From NCBI GenBank assembly GCA_965652975.1, contig CBFGYO010000001.1:1-63440 (forward strand): 63,440 nt of DNA. Reading direction: 5' to 3'. Origin of the DNA: an uncultured Chitinophagaceae bacterium (GTDB lineage: Bacteria > Bacteroidota > Bacteroidia > Chitinophagales > Chitinophagaceae). Within the stretch, counting starts at the first letter, position 1; each line of letters starts with the position of its first letter. Below, in pieces: positions 45,779 through 55,345 of the stretch. A program made the position numbers and the translations under genes. The notes below the pieces were generated by a model, which saw nothing but the letters and a program-made list of their open reading frames with translations, had not been told where the DNA came from and did not search any database.

Positions 45779-46567
45779 CTATTTAGCGTTTCCTTTTGCC
45801 GCTGCTTCGATTACATCTGCAACTGCCTGCGGTTTTGACATAAAAACCAGGTGACTTGCTTTAATCTCCGTGACGGTCGCATTCATCCTTTTTGCCATAA
45901 ACCTTTCTCCATCCGGTGGAATCGTTTGGTCTTCCTGGGCTACTACATACCATGTTTTTTTTGTTTTCCATGCCGGATTGGTGATTGTTGCACCAAAAAC
46001 AGAAGCAGATACCGGAATTTGTGAGTCAGCCAAGAATTCAGCCTGCTCTTTGGGAAGATCTGCACAAAATCCGGAATGATATTTTTTAAGATCATACCAA
46101 ATAAATCCACTTGCGTCAGGGGGCAGGATCCCGGAGTTAGGAGCAGGTGGGCCTGATTGCAGCAACTGTAATAAGGTTTCGTTTGCATCAGGTGCAAAAG
46201 CAGCGACATATACAAGGCCAGTAACCTTTGGATGATTTCCAGCTTCAGTGATAATTGCCCCACCATATGAATGACCTACCAAAATAACAGGGCCATCCTG
46301 CCTGTCAAGAACTCTTTTTGTCGCGGCAACATCATCTGCAAATCCCGTATTTGGATTACCAACAACACTTACAGTATATCCTTTCTTCTTTAAAAGTTTG
46401 TACACCGCCTCCCAACCAGATCCATCTGCAAATGCTCCATGTACAAGTACAATGTTTTTTGCAGGACCTTGGCCATAACAAATACTTGTAAACATCAGCA
46501 AGAAGGGGAGTAGCATACTAAAGATGCCATGTCTTGTCTTAAGCTTCAAAAAAAGTCGCTTTTTCAT
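45779..46567 (-). CDS. Alpha/beta hydrolase, exported paralogue of 40474-41220
   Basis: 262 aa. Signal peptide. IVLVHGAFADGSGW, GHSYGG. Confidence 0.85.
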   Translation of the reverse strand: MKKRLFLKLKTRHGIFSMLLPFLLMFTSICYGQGPAKNIVLVHGAFADGSGWEAVYKLLKKKGYTVSVVGNPNTGFADDVAATKRVLDRQDGPVILVGHSYGGAIITEAGNHPKVTGLVYVAAFAPDANETLLQLLQSGPPAPNSGILPPDASGFIWYDLKKYHSGFCADLPKEQAEFLADSQIPVSASVFGATITNPAWKTKKTWYVVAQEDQTIPPDGERFMAKRMNATVTEIKASHLVFMSKPQAVADVIEAAAKGNAK

Positions 46568-46681
46568 TTGTATAGTTTTAATAATTTGGAATCATTAAAA
46601 CTACAACTATGAGAAAGCGCTATCAATTGCTAAATGAAGACTGTTGTTGTATAAGTTGTGAGCGAAAGTGAATTCATTCAG

Positions 46682-47464
46682 TTAAAGCGGCGTTTTAATT
46701 CCTGGTGACAGGAAAATTGTTTTACTTTTTAACTCTTCAGCGGATGCGATCCTCGATCTTAATGCCGCTTCCTTTTCTTTAAAATGTGTCCAACCTTTAT
46801 AATGTATGGGGATAATTACATTCGGGTTTAAAACATTTACGGACTTTAAAAGATCAGAACTATTCATAGTATATCTGCCAAAAGCCGTGAGATAGCGAAA
46901 CTCTACAGAGCCAAGATGAAATATCCCAACATTAATTTTATACCGACTGGCAACTTCTTTTATACCATTAAAATATACTGTGTCACCAGAGATGTAAATG
47001 ACACCGCTTTCCTGGTCATCAAATTCAATTATAAATCCAATTACTTTCCCGGCTAAAAACTCAGGTACCCACCACGGGTGATGTTGCGCCGGTGTTGCCG
47101 TGATCTTTAACCCGGGCACTTTACTGGTATTAATTTTATAACTCTCCCAATCGGCAAGTCCAGTTATCCCTTTTATTTCTTTTGCTGCGGATTTTGTGGA
47201 AAGAATCAAGGGCACCGTCAATGTAAACTTCTTTCCATTAATATCGAAATTATCTTTATGTTGATGATGGCTCAGTAATACAAGGTCAACATCTTTTAGC
47301 TCGTTTATAGTTAGGGCAGGACTTTCAGTCTTTCTGGAGAATGTGCCTGATCCATGATAATACAATTGGCCCGCAGTATCTAAGGTTGGATCTGTTAGTA
47401 TTCTATAGCCATTAATATCAAGGAGAACACATGCCGTATCTATATGTGTGATGCTAATATTCAT
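46682..47464 (-). CDS. MBL-fold metallo-hydrolase
   Basis: 260 aa. LLSHHQHKDNFD (HxHxD-like) motif. Confidence 0.75.
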   Translation of the reverse strand: MNISITHIDTACVLLDINGYRILTDPTLDTAGQLYYHGSGTFSRKTESPALTINELKDVDLVLLSHHQHKDNFDINGKKFTLTVPLILSTKSAAKEIKGITGLADWESYKINTSKVPGLKITATPAQHHPWWVPEFLAGKVIGFIIEFDDQESGVIYISGDTVYFNGIKEVASRYKINVGIFHLGSVEFRYLTAFGRYTMNSSDLLKSVNVLNPNVIIPIHYKGWTHFKEKEAALRSRIASAEELKSKTIFLSPGIKTPL

Positions 47465-47511
47465 AAAAAAATATCAGGCAGTAGATATTATGGATAATAT
47501 TTACTGCCTGA
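47465..47511 (-). terminator. Strong hairpin + U-tract immediately abutting the MBL start codon
   Basis: tcaggcagta (47474-47483) / tactgcctga (47502-47511), with further inner pairing. On the minus strand it is followed by atattttttt, which runs directly into the ATG (47464-47462). Confidence 0.7.
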
Positions 47512-47541
47512 CCTGGATTCTGGGTTACCACAAGTTACTTT

Positions 47542-48630
47542 TTATTTCAATGCTTTTTTCAATTCTGCCCCGGCGTATAACAGGGCCGATTGCACCTCCG
47601 GTATTGTTGCCAGGGGATTGAGTAAGCCATAGTCGTGAATCATTCCCTGGTATCTTACTAATGATACAGGCACTCCAGCTTCATTCAATTTTCTTGCATA
47701 AGCTTCACCTTCGTCGCGTAAAACATCATTCTCTGCAGTTTGTACCAGGGTAGGAGGCAATCCTTTTATTTCGTCGGCGGTTGCTCTTAAAGGGGATGCA
47801 TAAATTTCATTGCGCTGATTGGTATCAGGTGCATAATTATCCCAAAACCATTTCATCATATTTTTTGTAAGAAAGCGGTCATTTGCATATTTGTTATAAG
47901 AAACTGTTTCAAATGACGCGTCTGTTACTGGCCAAAATAAAACCTGCATTTTAAATTCAGGGCCTTTCTTATTTTTTGCCATTAATGCTACTGCTGCAGT
48001 TAAGTTACCTCCAACACTATTACCAACAATAGCCAAACGCTTTCCATCAACATTTATTTCTGAGCCATGTTCAGATACCCACTTTGCAGCGGCATAACAC
48101 TCATTAACAGCAGTAGGGTATTTAGCCTCTGGTGAACGGCTATATTCTGCATGTACCGCAACGGCACCTGAATTAACTACTAAATCACGTATGAATCGCT
48201 GATGTGTTGGAAAATCGCCAAGTACCCAACCGCCGCCATGAAAAAACATGAAAGCGGGTAAAGTTTCTTTTATCCCCGACGGCCGCATTATAAATAGTTT
48301 AACTGTGATTCCGTCCTGGGTAATAGTTTTCTCGGAAACTTCAACACCTGAAATATCGGGTTTGACCGAGCTTTGTGCCCCCTCCAAAACTTTTCGTGCA
48401 TCCGCAGGTTGCATTGTTTCCATTGGTTTACCTCCGCTTGTGTTCAACGCTTTTAGAAATGCTTTAGTTTGCACTTCGATCGCAGAGTCTGTTGAATAAT
48501 CTGCTACTGTGATTTCATTTTTCATATATGTTTCATTTGAAAGTTCAGAATTCATTTTGTCTTCGCTCTTTGCATGATTGCAGCTTATATTAATCATCGC
48601 ACCTACGCTCAATAAAAAAGTCCATTTCAT
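47542..48630 (-). CDS. HSL-type (alpha/beta hydrolase fold-3) esterase/lipase, lipoprotein
   Basis: 362 aa. Lipobox INISC. Oxyanion FFHGGGW, nucleophile GNSVGG. Confidence 0.85.
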   Translation of the reverse strand: MKWTFLLSVGAMINISCNHAKSEDKMNSELSNETYMKNEITVADYSTDSAIEVQTKAFLKALNTSGGKPMETMQPADARKVLEGAQSSVKPDISGVEVSEKTITQDGITVKLFIMRPSGIKETLPAFMFFHGGGWVLGDFPTHQRFIRDLVVNSGAVAVHAEYSRSPEAKYPTAVNECYAAAKWVSEHGSEINVDGKRLAIVGNSVGGNLTAAVALMAKNKKGPEFKMQVLFWPVTDASFETVSYNKYANDRFLTKNMMKWFWDNYAPDTNQRNEIYASPLRATADEIKGLPPTLVQTAENDVLRDEGEAYARKLNEAGVPVSLVRYQGMIHDYGLLNPLATIPEVQSALLYAGAELKKALK

Positions 48631-48658
48631 AAGTCTAATCTTTACTTATTTTTTATAA

Positions 48659-49444
48659 TCAAATTCGTTTTAACCAATCCAATATATAATCTGCATCCTC
48701 TTTCCATGTATTTTGTCCAAGTACAAAATGATTTCGACCTTTAAATTCTTTGTACTCCAGGATAGATCCATTCTTTTTGTATTTTTTAAAAATTCTCCTG
48801 TCAAGATGTGCAGGTATAATTGTTCCTTCTGTACCCGCTGTAAGCAGTAGTGGGGGATGTGGCTTATTGAAATCGACTTTTGCTGCACTTGTCAATCCGC
48901 CTCGTGCAACTGTCTTGGATTCTGGTATTGTGTACTTTTCATAGGATTCTTTTTGCTCCTTAAGTGGCATGCCATTTACAAAAGCATATTGCCACTTCTT
49001 AAATGACATGAGGTAGGTTTTTTTAAGAGAGGTAAAAAGGCCCAATACCCTCCATCCGGCCTTTAAAAACGAAAACTCATATGGGAACACTCCTTGTGGA
49101 GGAACTGAATGAATAGCTACGGCTGCAGCAGCCAAATCCCTGTTGCATATAATTTGAGTGATCAATCCACCAAGAGAATGACCGATGACAATGGGCTTTT
49201 CCGGAAAACTCTTAACAATGTTCGCATAGTAATCGATTAGTTGCGTGAGCGTAAGCGCTGCAAGATCCGTATCATTAGGCTGCCTGGCTCTTAATTCGGC
49301 TGCTGTTCCATTCTTGTAAGGCCAGGGCGGTGCAACCGTTGAATAACCTTTGCTTTCAAAATAGATTCTCCATTCATCCCAACAAGCGTTAGAAACAAAT
49401 GCACCGGTAACAAAGACTATGTTTTTGGTTGTAATTGTTGACAT
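48659..49444 (-). CDS. Alpha/beta hydrolase
   Basis: 261 aa. GHSLGG nucleophile elbow. No signal peptide. Confidence 0.8.
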   Translation of the reverse strand: MSTITTKNIVFVTGAFVSNACWDEWRIYFESKGYSTVAPPWPYKNGTAAELRARQPNDTDLAALTLTQLIDYYANIVKSFPEKPIVIGHSLGGLITQIICNRDLAAAAVAIHSVPPQGVFPYEFSFLKAGWRVLGLFTSLKKTYLMSFKKWQYAFVNGMPLKEQKESYEKYTIPESKTVARGGLTSAAKVDFNKPHPPLLLTAGTEGTIIPAHLDRRIFKKYKKNGSILEYKEFKGRNHFVLGQNTWKEDADYILDWLKRI

Positions 49445-49580
49445 GTGTTTTATGTTTAAGAAATAAGTTGAGATACCCGATTAAGCTATCTTTGGGCATA
49501 GTGTTCCAACTAACTAAAGCTAACCCCTTACGCATCTGGAATCAATTGATGAATAATGCGGTTTATTGTATATATCAATT

Positions 49581-50117
49581 TTAAATTCTTTGGGCATTTT
49601 GACTGATATTTAATAGATATTCCGAGAGGTAATTACCTTCCCAGCTTCCTTCATAGCGGGAACCATTGATAAAAAAGGTTGGTGTGGCATTTACGCCGCT
49701 TCTAAGTCCGCTCATAAAATCGCCTTCCACTTTCCTTAAAAGATTTTCGTGTTGAATATCTTCGTTAAACCTGTTAAGATCCAATCCCGCCATGTGTGCA
49801 TACTCAACAATTGCTTCATGTGTAAGACGTTTCTGATGCTCAAAAATCAAATCGTGCATTTCCCAAAATTTATTTTGCAGGGCTGCAGCTTCAGCAGCTA
49901 TTGCTGCTGCTTTAGCTTGCGGGTGTATCTTTGAGATCGGGAAATTCCTGAAAATGAATTTTACTGAATCGTTCATCTCCACTTTTAATCGCTTGATAAT
50001 AGGATAGGCTCTTCCGCAATACGGGCACTGAAAATCGCCATACTCTACCAGTTCAATTAATGCATTCTTGTTGCCCCATAAATGGTCAATGGATGATACA
50101 GGAGGTGTTAATGACAT
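49581..50117 (-). CDS. DsbA-like thioredoxin-fold protein (cytoplasmic type)
   Basis: 178 aa. FQCPYC active site. Confidence 0.8.
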   Translation of the reverse strand: MSLTPPVSSIDHLWGNKNALIELVEYGDFQCPYCGRAYPIIKRLKVEMNDSVKFIFRNFPISKIHPQAKAAAIAAEAAALQNKFWEMHDLIFEHQKRLTHEAIVEYAHMAGLDLNRFNEDIQHENLLRKVEGDFMSGLRSGVNATPTFFINGSRYEGSWEGNYLSEYLLNISQNAQRI

Positions 50118-50135
50118 TGATAATGAATTTAAGAG

Positions 50136-50600
50136 TTAACTAACCGGTTCCAGTTTTTCTAATGCATTAAGAATACCCTCCACACCAGGATTTTTATCAG
50201 GTTCAGAGAGAAAGCTCCATTGAATTATGCTTTTTTCATCTAATACAAATAATGCTCTTTCGCATTCTCCTTCCTGCTCATTATACACACCATACATCCT
50301 GGCTATACTTCCCTTAGGTTCAAAATCTGCCAACAGGGGAAAACCAAGATTGCGTTGCTCCCGGTAACTTGCATGACACCATTTGCTATCTACCGAAATA
50401 CCTATTACCTGCGTATTCATTTTGTCAAATACGTCCGTTATTTCATTATACAGCATTAATTGATCCCCGCAAACAGGGCTCCAGTCTGCTGGATAGAAAA
50501 CTAATACTACCCGCTTGCCCTGGAAATCATACAGGCTTATTTCCTCGTATGGAGTAGCATAAAGTGTGAAGTCAGGCGCCTTGTTTCCCGTTTGAAGCAT
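50136..50600 (-). CDS. Peroxiredoxin (AhpC/TSA family)
   Basis: 154 aa. FYPADWSPVCGDQ peroxidatic Cys context. Confidence 0.85.
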   Translation of the reverse strand: MLQTGNKAPDFTLYATPYEEISLYDFQGKRVVLVFYPADWSPVCGDQLMLYNEITDVFDKMNTQVIGISVDSKWCHASYREQRNLGFPLLADFEPKGSIARMYGVYNEQEGECERALFVLDEKSIIQWSFLSEPDKNPGVEGILNALEKLEPVS

Positions 50601-50616
50601 AACAATGAATATTTTT

Positions 50617-51444
50617 TTAAAAAAGTACTGGTTCCCGTGGCCCTAATTGTGTTGCTAATTCCAATTCAAATTCACCTGGTTGCTGAAAACCCATTTTCAT
50701 TATTTCCGTAATGCGTTTTTGTGTTCCCGGCCATGAAATTGCCTCAAAAAAAGCGTCTTCCGATTCAAGAAATTCTTCGGTTTTAGCAAGACCGGTACGT
50801 TTGTAGATTATTTTTTTTGCTGCTGCAATTGCGTCTTTTTCGAAACTGGCAACGCGCCTTGCAAAACGATCTACAAAACCATCGAGATCATCATCCGGAA
50901 TGGCGCGATTGATCCATCCGTATAAAGAAGCCGTTTCAGCATTAAAATCTTCTCCGCCGATAATTACTTCCAATGCCCGCCTTCTACCAATTAAGTGAGG
51001 TAATCTTTCAAGTCCGCCGCCACCTGGAATTAATCCGCAACCAATTTCTATTTGAGCAAGTTTGGCTCTCTCTTTACTAGCGAAACAAACATCCATAGCC
51101 TGGATAAATTCACTGCCAACACCTCTTGCCCTTCCCCTTACTGATGCTATTGTCAGGAATGAAGCAAGCTCAAATCTTCTAGCAACATCCGGCCAGGTAG
51201 GGAGCCCGGTTGCTGGTCTTGGGGCCAGATCAAATTCTGCCGACCTAATTAAATCAATATGCGCAATAAAATAATCCGGGTTTGCACTGTCAAACACTAC
51301 AACTTTAATCTCTGAGTTCCGCTCGAGGTCCGTGACCAGGGATGATAATTCATCACCCAATTCTGGATCAAACAGATTTAGAGGAGGATTATCAATTGTT
51401 ACTTGCCAATATGCAGGTGTATGTTTAATAATACGAAGGCGCAT
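50617..51444 (-). CDS. Enoyl-CoA hydratase/isomerase (crotonase) family protein
   Basis: 275 aa. Crotonase-fold pattern (…NPPLNLFDP…VVVFDSANPDYFIAHID…). Confidence 0.8.
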   Translation of the reverse strand: MRLRIIKHTPAYWQVTIDNPPLNLFDPELGDELSSLVTDLERNSEIKVVVFDSANPDYFIAHIDLIRSAEFDLAPRPATGLPTWPDVARRFELASFLTIASVRGRARGVGSEFIQAMDVCFASKERAKLAQIEIGCGLIPGGGGLERLPHLIGRRRALEVIIGGEDFNAETASLYGWINRAIPDDDLDGFVDRFARRVASFEKDAIAAAKKIIYKRTGLAKTEEFLESEDAFFEAISWPGTQKRITEIMKMGFQQPGEFELELATQLGPREPVLF

Positions 51445-51465
51445 GATCTGATTTTTTGTATTACA

Positions 51466-52470
51466 TCAATTGTTAACTCCCTGGCTTTTGTTTTTCTCAA
51501 TAAAAGAATGAATATAATCTGATACCATTTCTGGGTACTGGTGTTGAGGTCCATGGCCCGACCGGGGAATAACTACCAATTGTGTTGTTGGCAACTGCCT
51601 GTTTAACTCAAACCAATTTTCAGGAGGAAAACATATTTCATGATCTCCAGAGATTACCAGAATAGGAGTTTTTATAGTCATTAGTTTTTGCCTGGCATTA
51701 TATCGGTCTTTAGCAAAATCTTCACCACCCTTTCCATAAAACTGGAGTTGCTCCAATTTCACCGGCGTGTCTTTGTCAATAGTTCGCCTGGCAATTCTGT
51801 CATGACTTTCTTTTGCAGCTTTTACGCTCAATTCTGAAATCGGCTCAAAGAATAGAATTATCTCATCATTAAAGTCATTTACAGGCTTATACGCAGTTTT
51901 TATAAATATTTCTTCAATTTGGTGATTGACTTTACCGGGAGGTTTTGTTCCCAATAAAATTGTTTGTGAAACAAGATCAGGAAATTCGGTGGTAACAATT
52001 TGTGCAACCCAACCGCCAAATGACCAACCGCCAAGAATTATTTTCTTTAAGCCGAGTGTTTTGGCCAAATCTGTTACATCGCTTGCAAAACCCATCATAT
52101 CAGAATGCGGATTGCCAGTAGAAGAGGCAAAACCAGTATAATCAAATATGATCACGTTGTAATTTTTAGCTAATGCATCAAGAAAAGCGGGATCCCAGTC
52201 GTCAAGGTTTCCGCGAAACCGCTGGCAAAGTATCATAGGATCACCTTTACCGATGGAACGATACGCGATCTTCCTTCCATTAATCTCTGCAAATTGCGTT
52301 TTGGAATTTGTCGCATTTACTTCTAACTTGATATTGGAAGAATTATTTTCTTCCCCGGAAGAGGTTTGCGCTGCGTTATTACTACATGCGGAAATAATAA
52401 ATAGAGCTGCACACGGTATTATGAAGTTTTTTCTTATTTCGCGGATTGCGCCGTTAGCAATATGTTTCAT
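51466..52470 (-). CDS. Alpha/beta hydrolase lipoprotein
   Basis: 334 aa. Lipobox FIISAC. GWSFGG nucleophile elbow. Confidence 0.85.
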   Translation of the reverse strand: MKHIANGAIREIRKNFIIPCAALFIISACSNNAAQTSSGEENNSSNIKLEVNATNSKTQFAEINGRKIAYRSIGKGDPMILCQRFRGNLDDWDPAFLDALAKNYNVIIFDYTGFASSTGNPHSDMMGFASDVTDLAKTLGLKKIILGGWSFGGWVAQIVTTEFPDLVSQTILLGTKPPGKVNHQIEEIFIKTAYKPVNDFNDEIILFFEPISELSVKAAKESHDRIARRTIDKDTPVKLEQLQFYGKGGEDFAKDRYNARQKLMTIKTPILVISGDHEICFPPENWFELNRQLPTTQLVVIPRSGHGPQHQYPEMVSDYIHSFIEKNKSQGVNN

Positions 52471-52576
52471 TTTTCTATTTGTTAAATTATTTATCAGAAT
52501 ACATAAACTTCGAGGAACTAAGCTATATCACAAGGCCCCGGGTAACAATCGCCGAATGATGCTTCAACTTGTATAT

Positions 52577-52927
52577 TTATGCTTTCTCCCACACATCTGC
52601 ATATTTTTCGGGGTTAATGCTAAATTGCTTTTGTATAAACCGTGAAACTGTTACGATTTTCAATTCATGCATTTTTGCATACTCTACAACTTCGTGTAGT
52701 AATCTATTTCTGACTGAATGCAGATACCGCTTCCCTAGTACGGTCGTATCTTGAAGTATCAATTCACTCCCGGATAGGGTTATGACAATTTTGCCTACCT
52801 GGTATCCACCGGCATTTAAGGAAAAAAAACCTTGGCCATGTATGTCGATATGTATTTGAATGGTATACAAAGTATTTTTACGGTTAAAGATCCCGATGCA
52901 TTGAATCAGGATCAATATCCATATCAT
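52577..52927 (-). CDS. YjdJ-like small GNAT acetyltransferase-fold protein
   Basis: C-terminal LLHEVVEYAKMHELKIVTVSRFIQKQFSINPEKYADVW matches the small GNAT (YjdJ-type) pattern. The N-terminal MIWILILIQCIGIF is atypical, and an in-frame TTG at 52870 is an alternative start. Confidence 0.55.
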   Translation of the reverse strand: MIWILILIQCIGIFNRKNTLYTIQIHIDIHGQGFFSLNAGGYQVGKIVITLSGSELILQDTTVLGKRYLHSVRNRLLHEVVEYAKMHELKIVTVSRFIQKQFSINPEKYADVWEKA

Positions 52928-53011
52928 ACTTACTGTTATATAAAATATGCAGCAGGAATAGAAATGCGGGGAAATGCCTGGTAAGGATGATTAATTGAGT
53001 GTTTGTTTTTG

Positions 53012-53482
53012 TTATTGCTTTTGGGATACCGGGATTCGAATATCTGATTTGTCGGAATTTCTGAGTGTTTTACATGCCGTATCAATACAATTTCCCTCCC
53101 TGAACAATACTACCAGCTCCATTATCTTCTCGTTGTCACTAACCTGGAAGAATTTTCGAATATTGGGAATCTTGTATGACCAGCTATTTTTACTTTCAGG
53201 TGTTGCAAGAGCAGCTTCTTCCGTTGAACCCCATTTAAATTTTACATACCTCCATTCGTTGGAATGATTGGAGCTATCTGTTATCAATCCCAGATGAACG
53301 AATACTGGCCCGTCGTAATTCAATAAACCTTTATTACCCTTGCTGGCATTACAGGTAATTGTAAAGGCACTGGTATCAGTAACTGTAGCTGGCCTGGTTT
53401 CAATAAGTGGTGATGAACAACCCAGTAATAGTAGTGAAGCACCTACGAAAAAGATATTCAGTTTTGAATATTGTCTTCTCAT
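53012..53482 (-). CDS. Lipoprotein, unknown function
   Basis: 156 aa. Lipobox LLLLGC. Beta-rich body. Confidence 0.5.
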   Translation of the reverse strand: MRRQYSKLNIFFVGASLLLLGCSSPLIETRPATVTDTSAFTITCNASKGNKGLLNYDGPVFVHLGLITDSSNHSNEWRYVKFKWGSTEEAALATPESKNSWSYKIPNIRKFFQVSDNEKIMELVVLFREGNCIDTACKTLRNSDKSDIRIPVSQKQ

Positions 53483-53559
53483 TTAATTTGATTTTTGTCG
53501 AATAAGAAATCTATTTGCCGACCCATATTTATTATAACTTCCAAATAGCTCCGTAAATT

Positions 53560-55317
53560 CTATAGATTTTTATCTGCCATAAATTCAATTGATATTTTAG
53601 TTCCAGTTGAATTTTCAATTTTGAATTTCGCCATAATATCATCACTAAGTCCTTTCATCAGTTTCATTCCAAGGGAATTAACGTTGTTTATATCAAATCC
53701 CTCCGGTAATCCAACCCCATTATCAGCTACTGAGAAAATAAATTTCTTTGCATCGGTTTTTTTAATCGAAATATTGATTAACCCCCCGTTATGTAATGGG
53801 AACGCGTATTTCATAGCGTTTGTTATGGCTTCATTTATAATTAATCCTACCGGAACTGCCAACGATATATCCAGTTCTAAAGGTTCGGTATCCATTTTGA
53901 ATTTTATCCGGTTCCTTGCTTCAAAACTATCGTTTAGGTATTCAACCAATTCATGCAAATACATAGGCATATCAATGGTTGTGACATTTTTTTCAGGCTG
54001 GTAAAGCTTTTGATGTATCAGCGACATGGCATAAACACGGTGCTGGCTGTCGCGAATTGCTGTTAAAGCATCATTTTCCAGGTATGCTGATTGTGATTCA
54101 AGCAGGCTGGTGATAGTATGAAGGTTGTTTTTAACTCTGTGATGTATTTCTTTCAGCAACCACTCCTTTTCTTCTATCATATGATGTAACGATAGATTCT
54201 TGGTGTTAATTTCTCGTTGCTGTGTTTTCAACCTTCTCACCTGTCTAAATATAATAAAACCCAGGGCTATTAGGAGTAAGAATAAAGCTGTAATAATAAA
54301 GGCATATCGTGTTATGCTTTTTTTATCACTTTGAACATCAGCCAATCTTGCTGATTCAATTAAGGGGAGGATATTGCTTAACTGCAGGATTCGTTGCCTG
54401 GCACCATAAGTCATCGCATCGTCAGAGGCCTTTTGAATATACGCCGATGCATTTTTAAGGTCTCCTGCTTTAAATAATAGCGTAGCAAGGTTTAGGATAG
54501 CAGTGGTTTCCTTTGTGCTTGATTTAATATCCGCGATGGCGGCTTTGCATAGTAAAATTATAGCAGAATCAGCCTGCCCCTTCCTGATAAATAAATCGCT
54601 GAAGGTAGAGTTGACAATAGCTATCTGGCGCAATGATAGTAATGAGTCGGCTGTGAGCATATTATAATATGCTGTTGTTGTACGAATATCGCCTCGACGT
54701 ATACTCTTTAAACCGCTATAGTAATTGTATTGAAAACCGCCTGGTGCTGATATGGTTAGTAAAGAGTCGATATACCTGTCAGCTTCGGCGGTGTATACCG
54801 CTTTAAACAATTTTTCTTTATTATAGTCGGACAGGTCAAAATAACTCCGTGTTTTTAGTATATAGTATTCCGCTTTAGCCGAATCATCAAGTCCGTGTGG
54901 ATTGAGATAACTTAACGAGTCAAACACTTCTTTAAACATCCCGGAGGAAAGCAACACAAAATTTGTTTTTATTTTTGCGTATTTTAAAAGCAAAGTATCA
55001 TTTAAGCTAGCTGCTGTAGCCTGCAACTTTTCTGCATAGTAATAAGCGGAATCAAAATTAAAAACTGAAAACTCGTTATACAGTTCCAGGTACTTCGCGA
55101 AGGTGGTTTTATCAAAATTATTAAAATGCCGACGTAAGCTATCGATCCTGACTAATTTATCTGCGTCGTACCTAGCCGATAAATGAATTTCGTTATTTAG
55201 CTTTTCGAGCCAAATACTTTTTCCGGATTGAGCATTACTCTCCGTAAATGATAGTATAAGCAGCAAATAAAGCATCCTGGAGATGAAAAACAAAGTATGG
55301 CAAGCAATTTTTTTCAC
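53560..55317 (-). CDS. Sensor histidine kinase: signal peptide + extracytoplasmic TPR repeats + TM + HisKA_2/HATPase
   Basis: 585 aa. H-box EIHHRVKNNLHTI, N-box NAMKYAFP. One TM (YAFIITALFLLLIALGFIIF). Confidence 0.85.
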   Translation of the reverse strand: MKKIACHTLFFISRMLYLLLILSFTESNAQSGKSIWLEKLNNEIHLSARYDADKLVRIDSLRRHFNNFDKTTFAKYLELYNEFSVFNFDSAYYYAEKLQATAASLNDTLLLKYAKIKTNFVLLSSGMFKEVFDSLSYLNPHGLDDSAKAEYYILKTRSYFDLSDYNKEKLFKAVYTAEADRYIDSLLTISAPGGFQYNYYSGLKSIRRGDIRTTTAYYNMLTADSLLSLRQIAIVNSTFSDLFIRKGQADSAIILLCKAAIADIKSSTKETTAILNLATLLFKAGDLKNASAYIQKASDDAMTYGARQRILQLSNILPLIESARLADVQSDKKSITRYAFIITALFLLLIALGFIIFRQVRRLKTQQREINTKNLSLHHMIEEKEWLLKEIHHRVKNNLHTITSLLESQSAYLENDALTAIRDSQHRVYAMSLIHQKLYQPEKNVTTIDMPMYLHELVEYLNDSFEARNRIKFKMDTEPLELDISLAVPVGLIINEAITNAMKYAFPLHNGGLINISIKKTDAKKFIFSVADNGVGLPEGFDINNVNSLGMKLMKGLSDDIMAKFKIENSTGTKISIEFMADKNL

Positions 55318-55345
55318 TTTCGAATGTTCGGTTTAAACAGAAATT

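Noticed and set aside
52871-52927. Hydrophobic N-terminus (MIWILILIQCIGIF) of the GNAT-like ORF as a signal peptide or membrane anchor
   Set aside because: Small YjdJ-type GNAT proteins are cytoplasmic. An in-frame TTG at 52870 gives a typical-length protein, so the hydrophobic segment is more likely untranslated.
52964-52979. Sigma-54 -24/-12-like sequence on the minus strand (AGGCATTTCCCCGCAT) upstream of the GNAT gene
   Set aside because: The GG and GC elements are separated by 9 nt, not the required 10, and the TGGCAC/TTGC flanks are poor.
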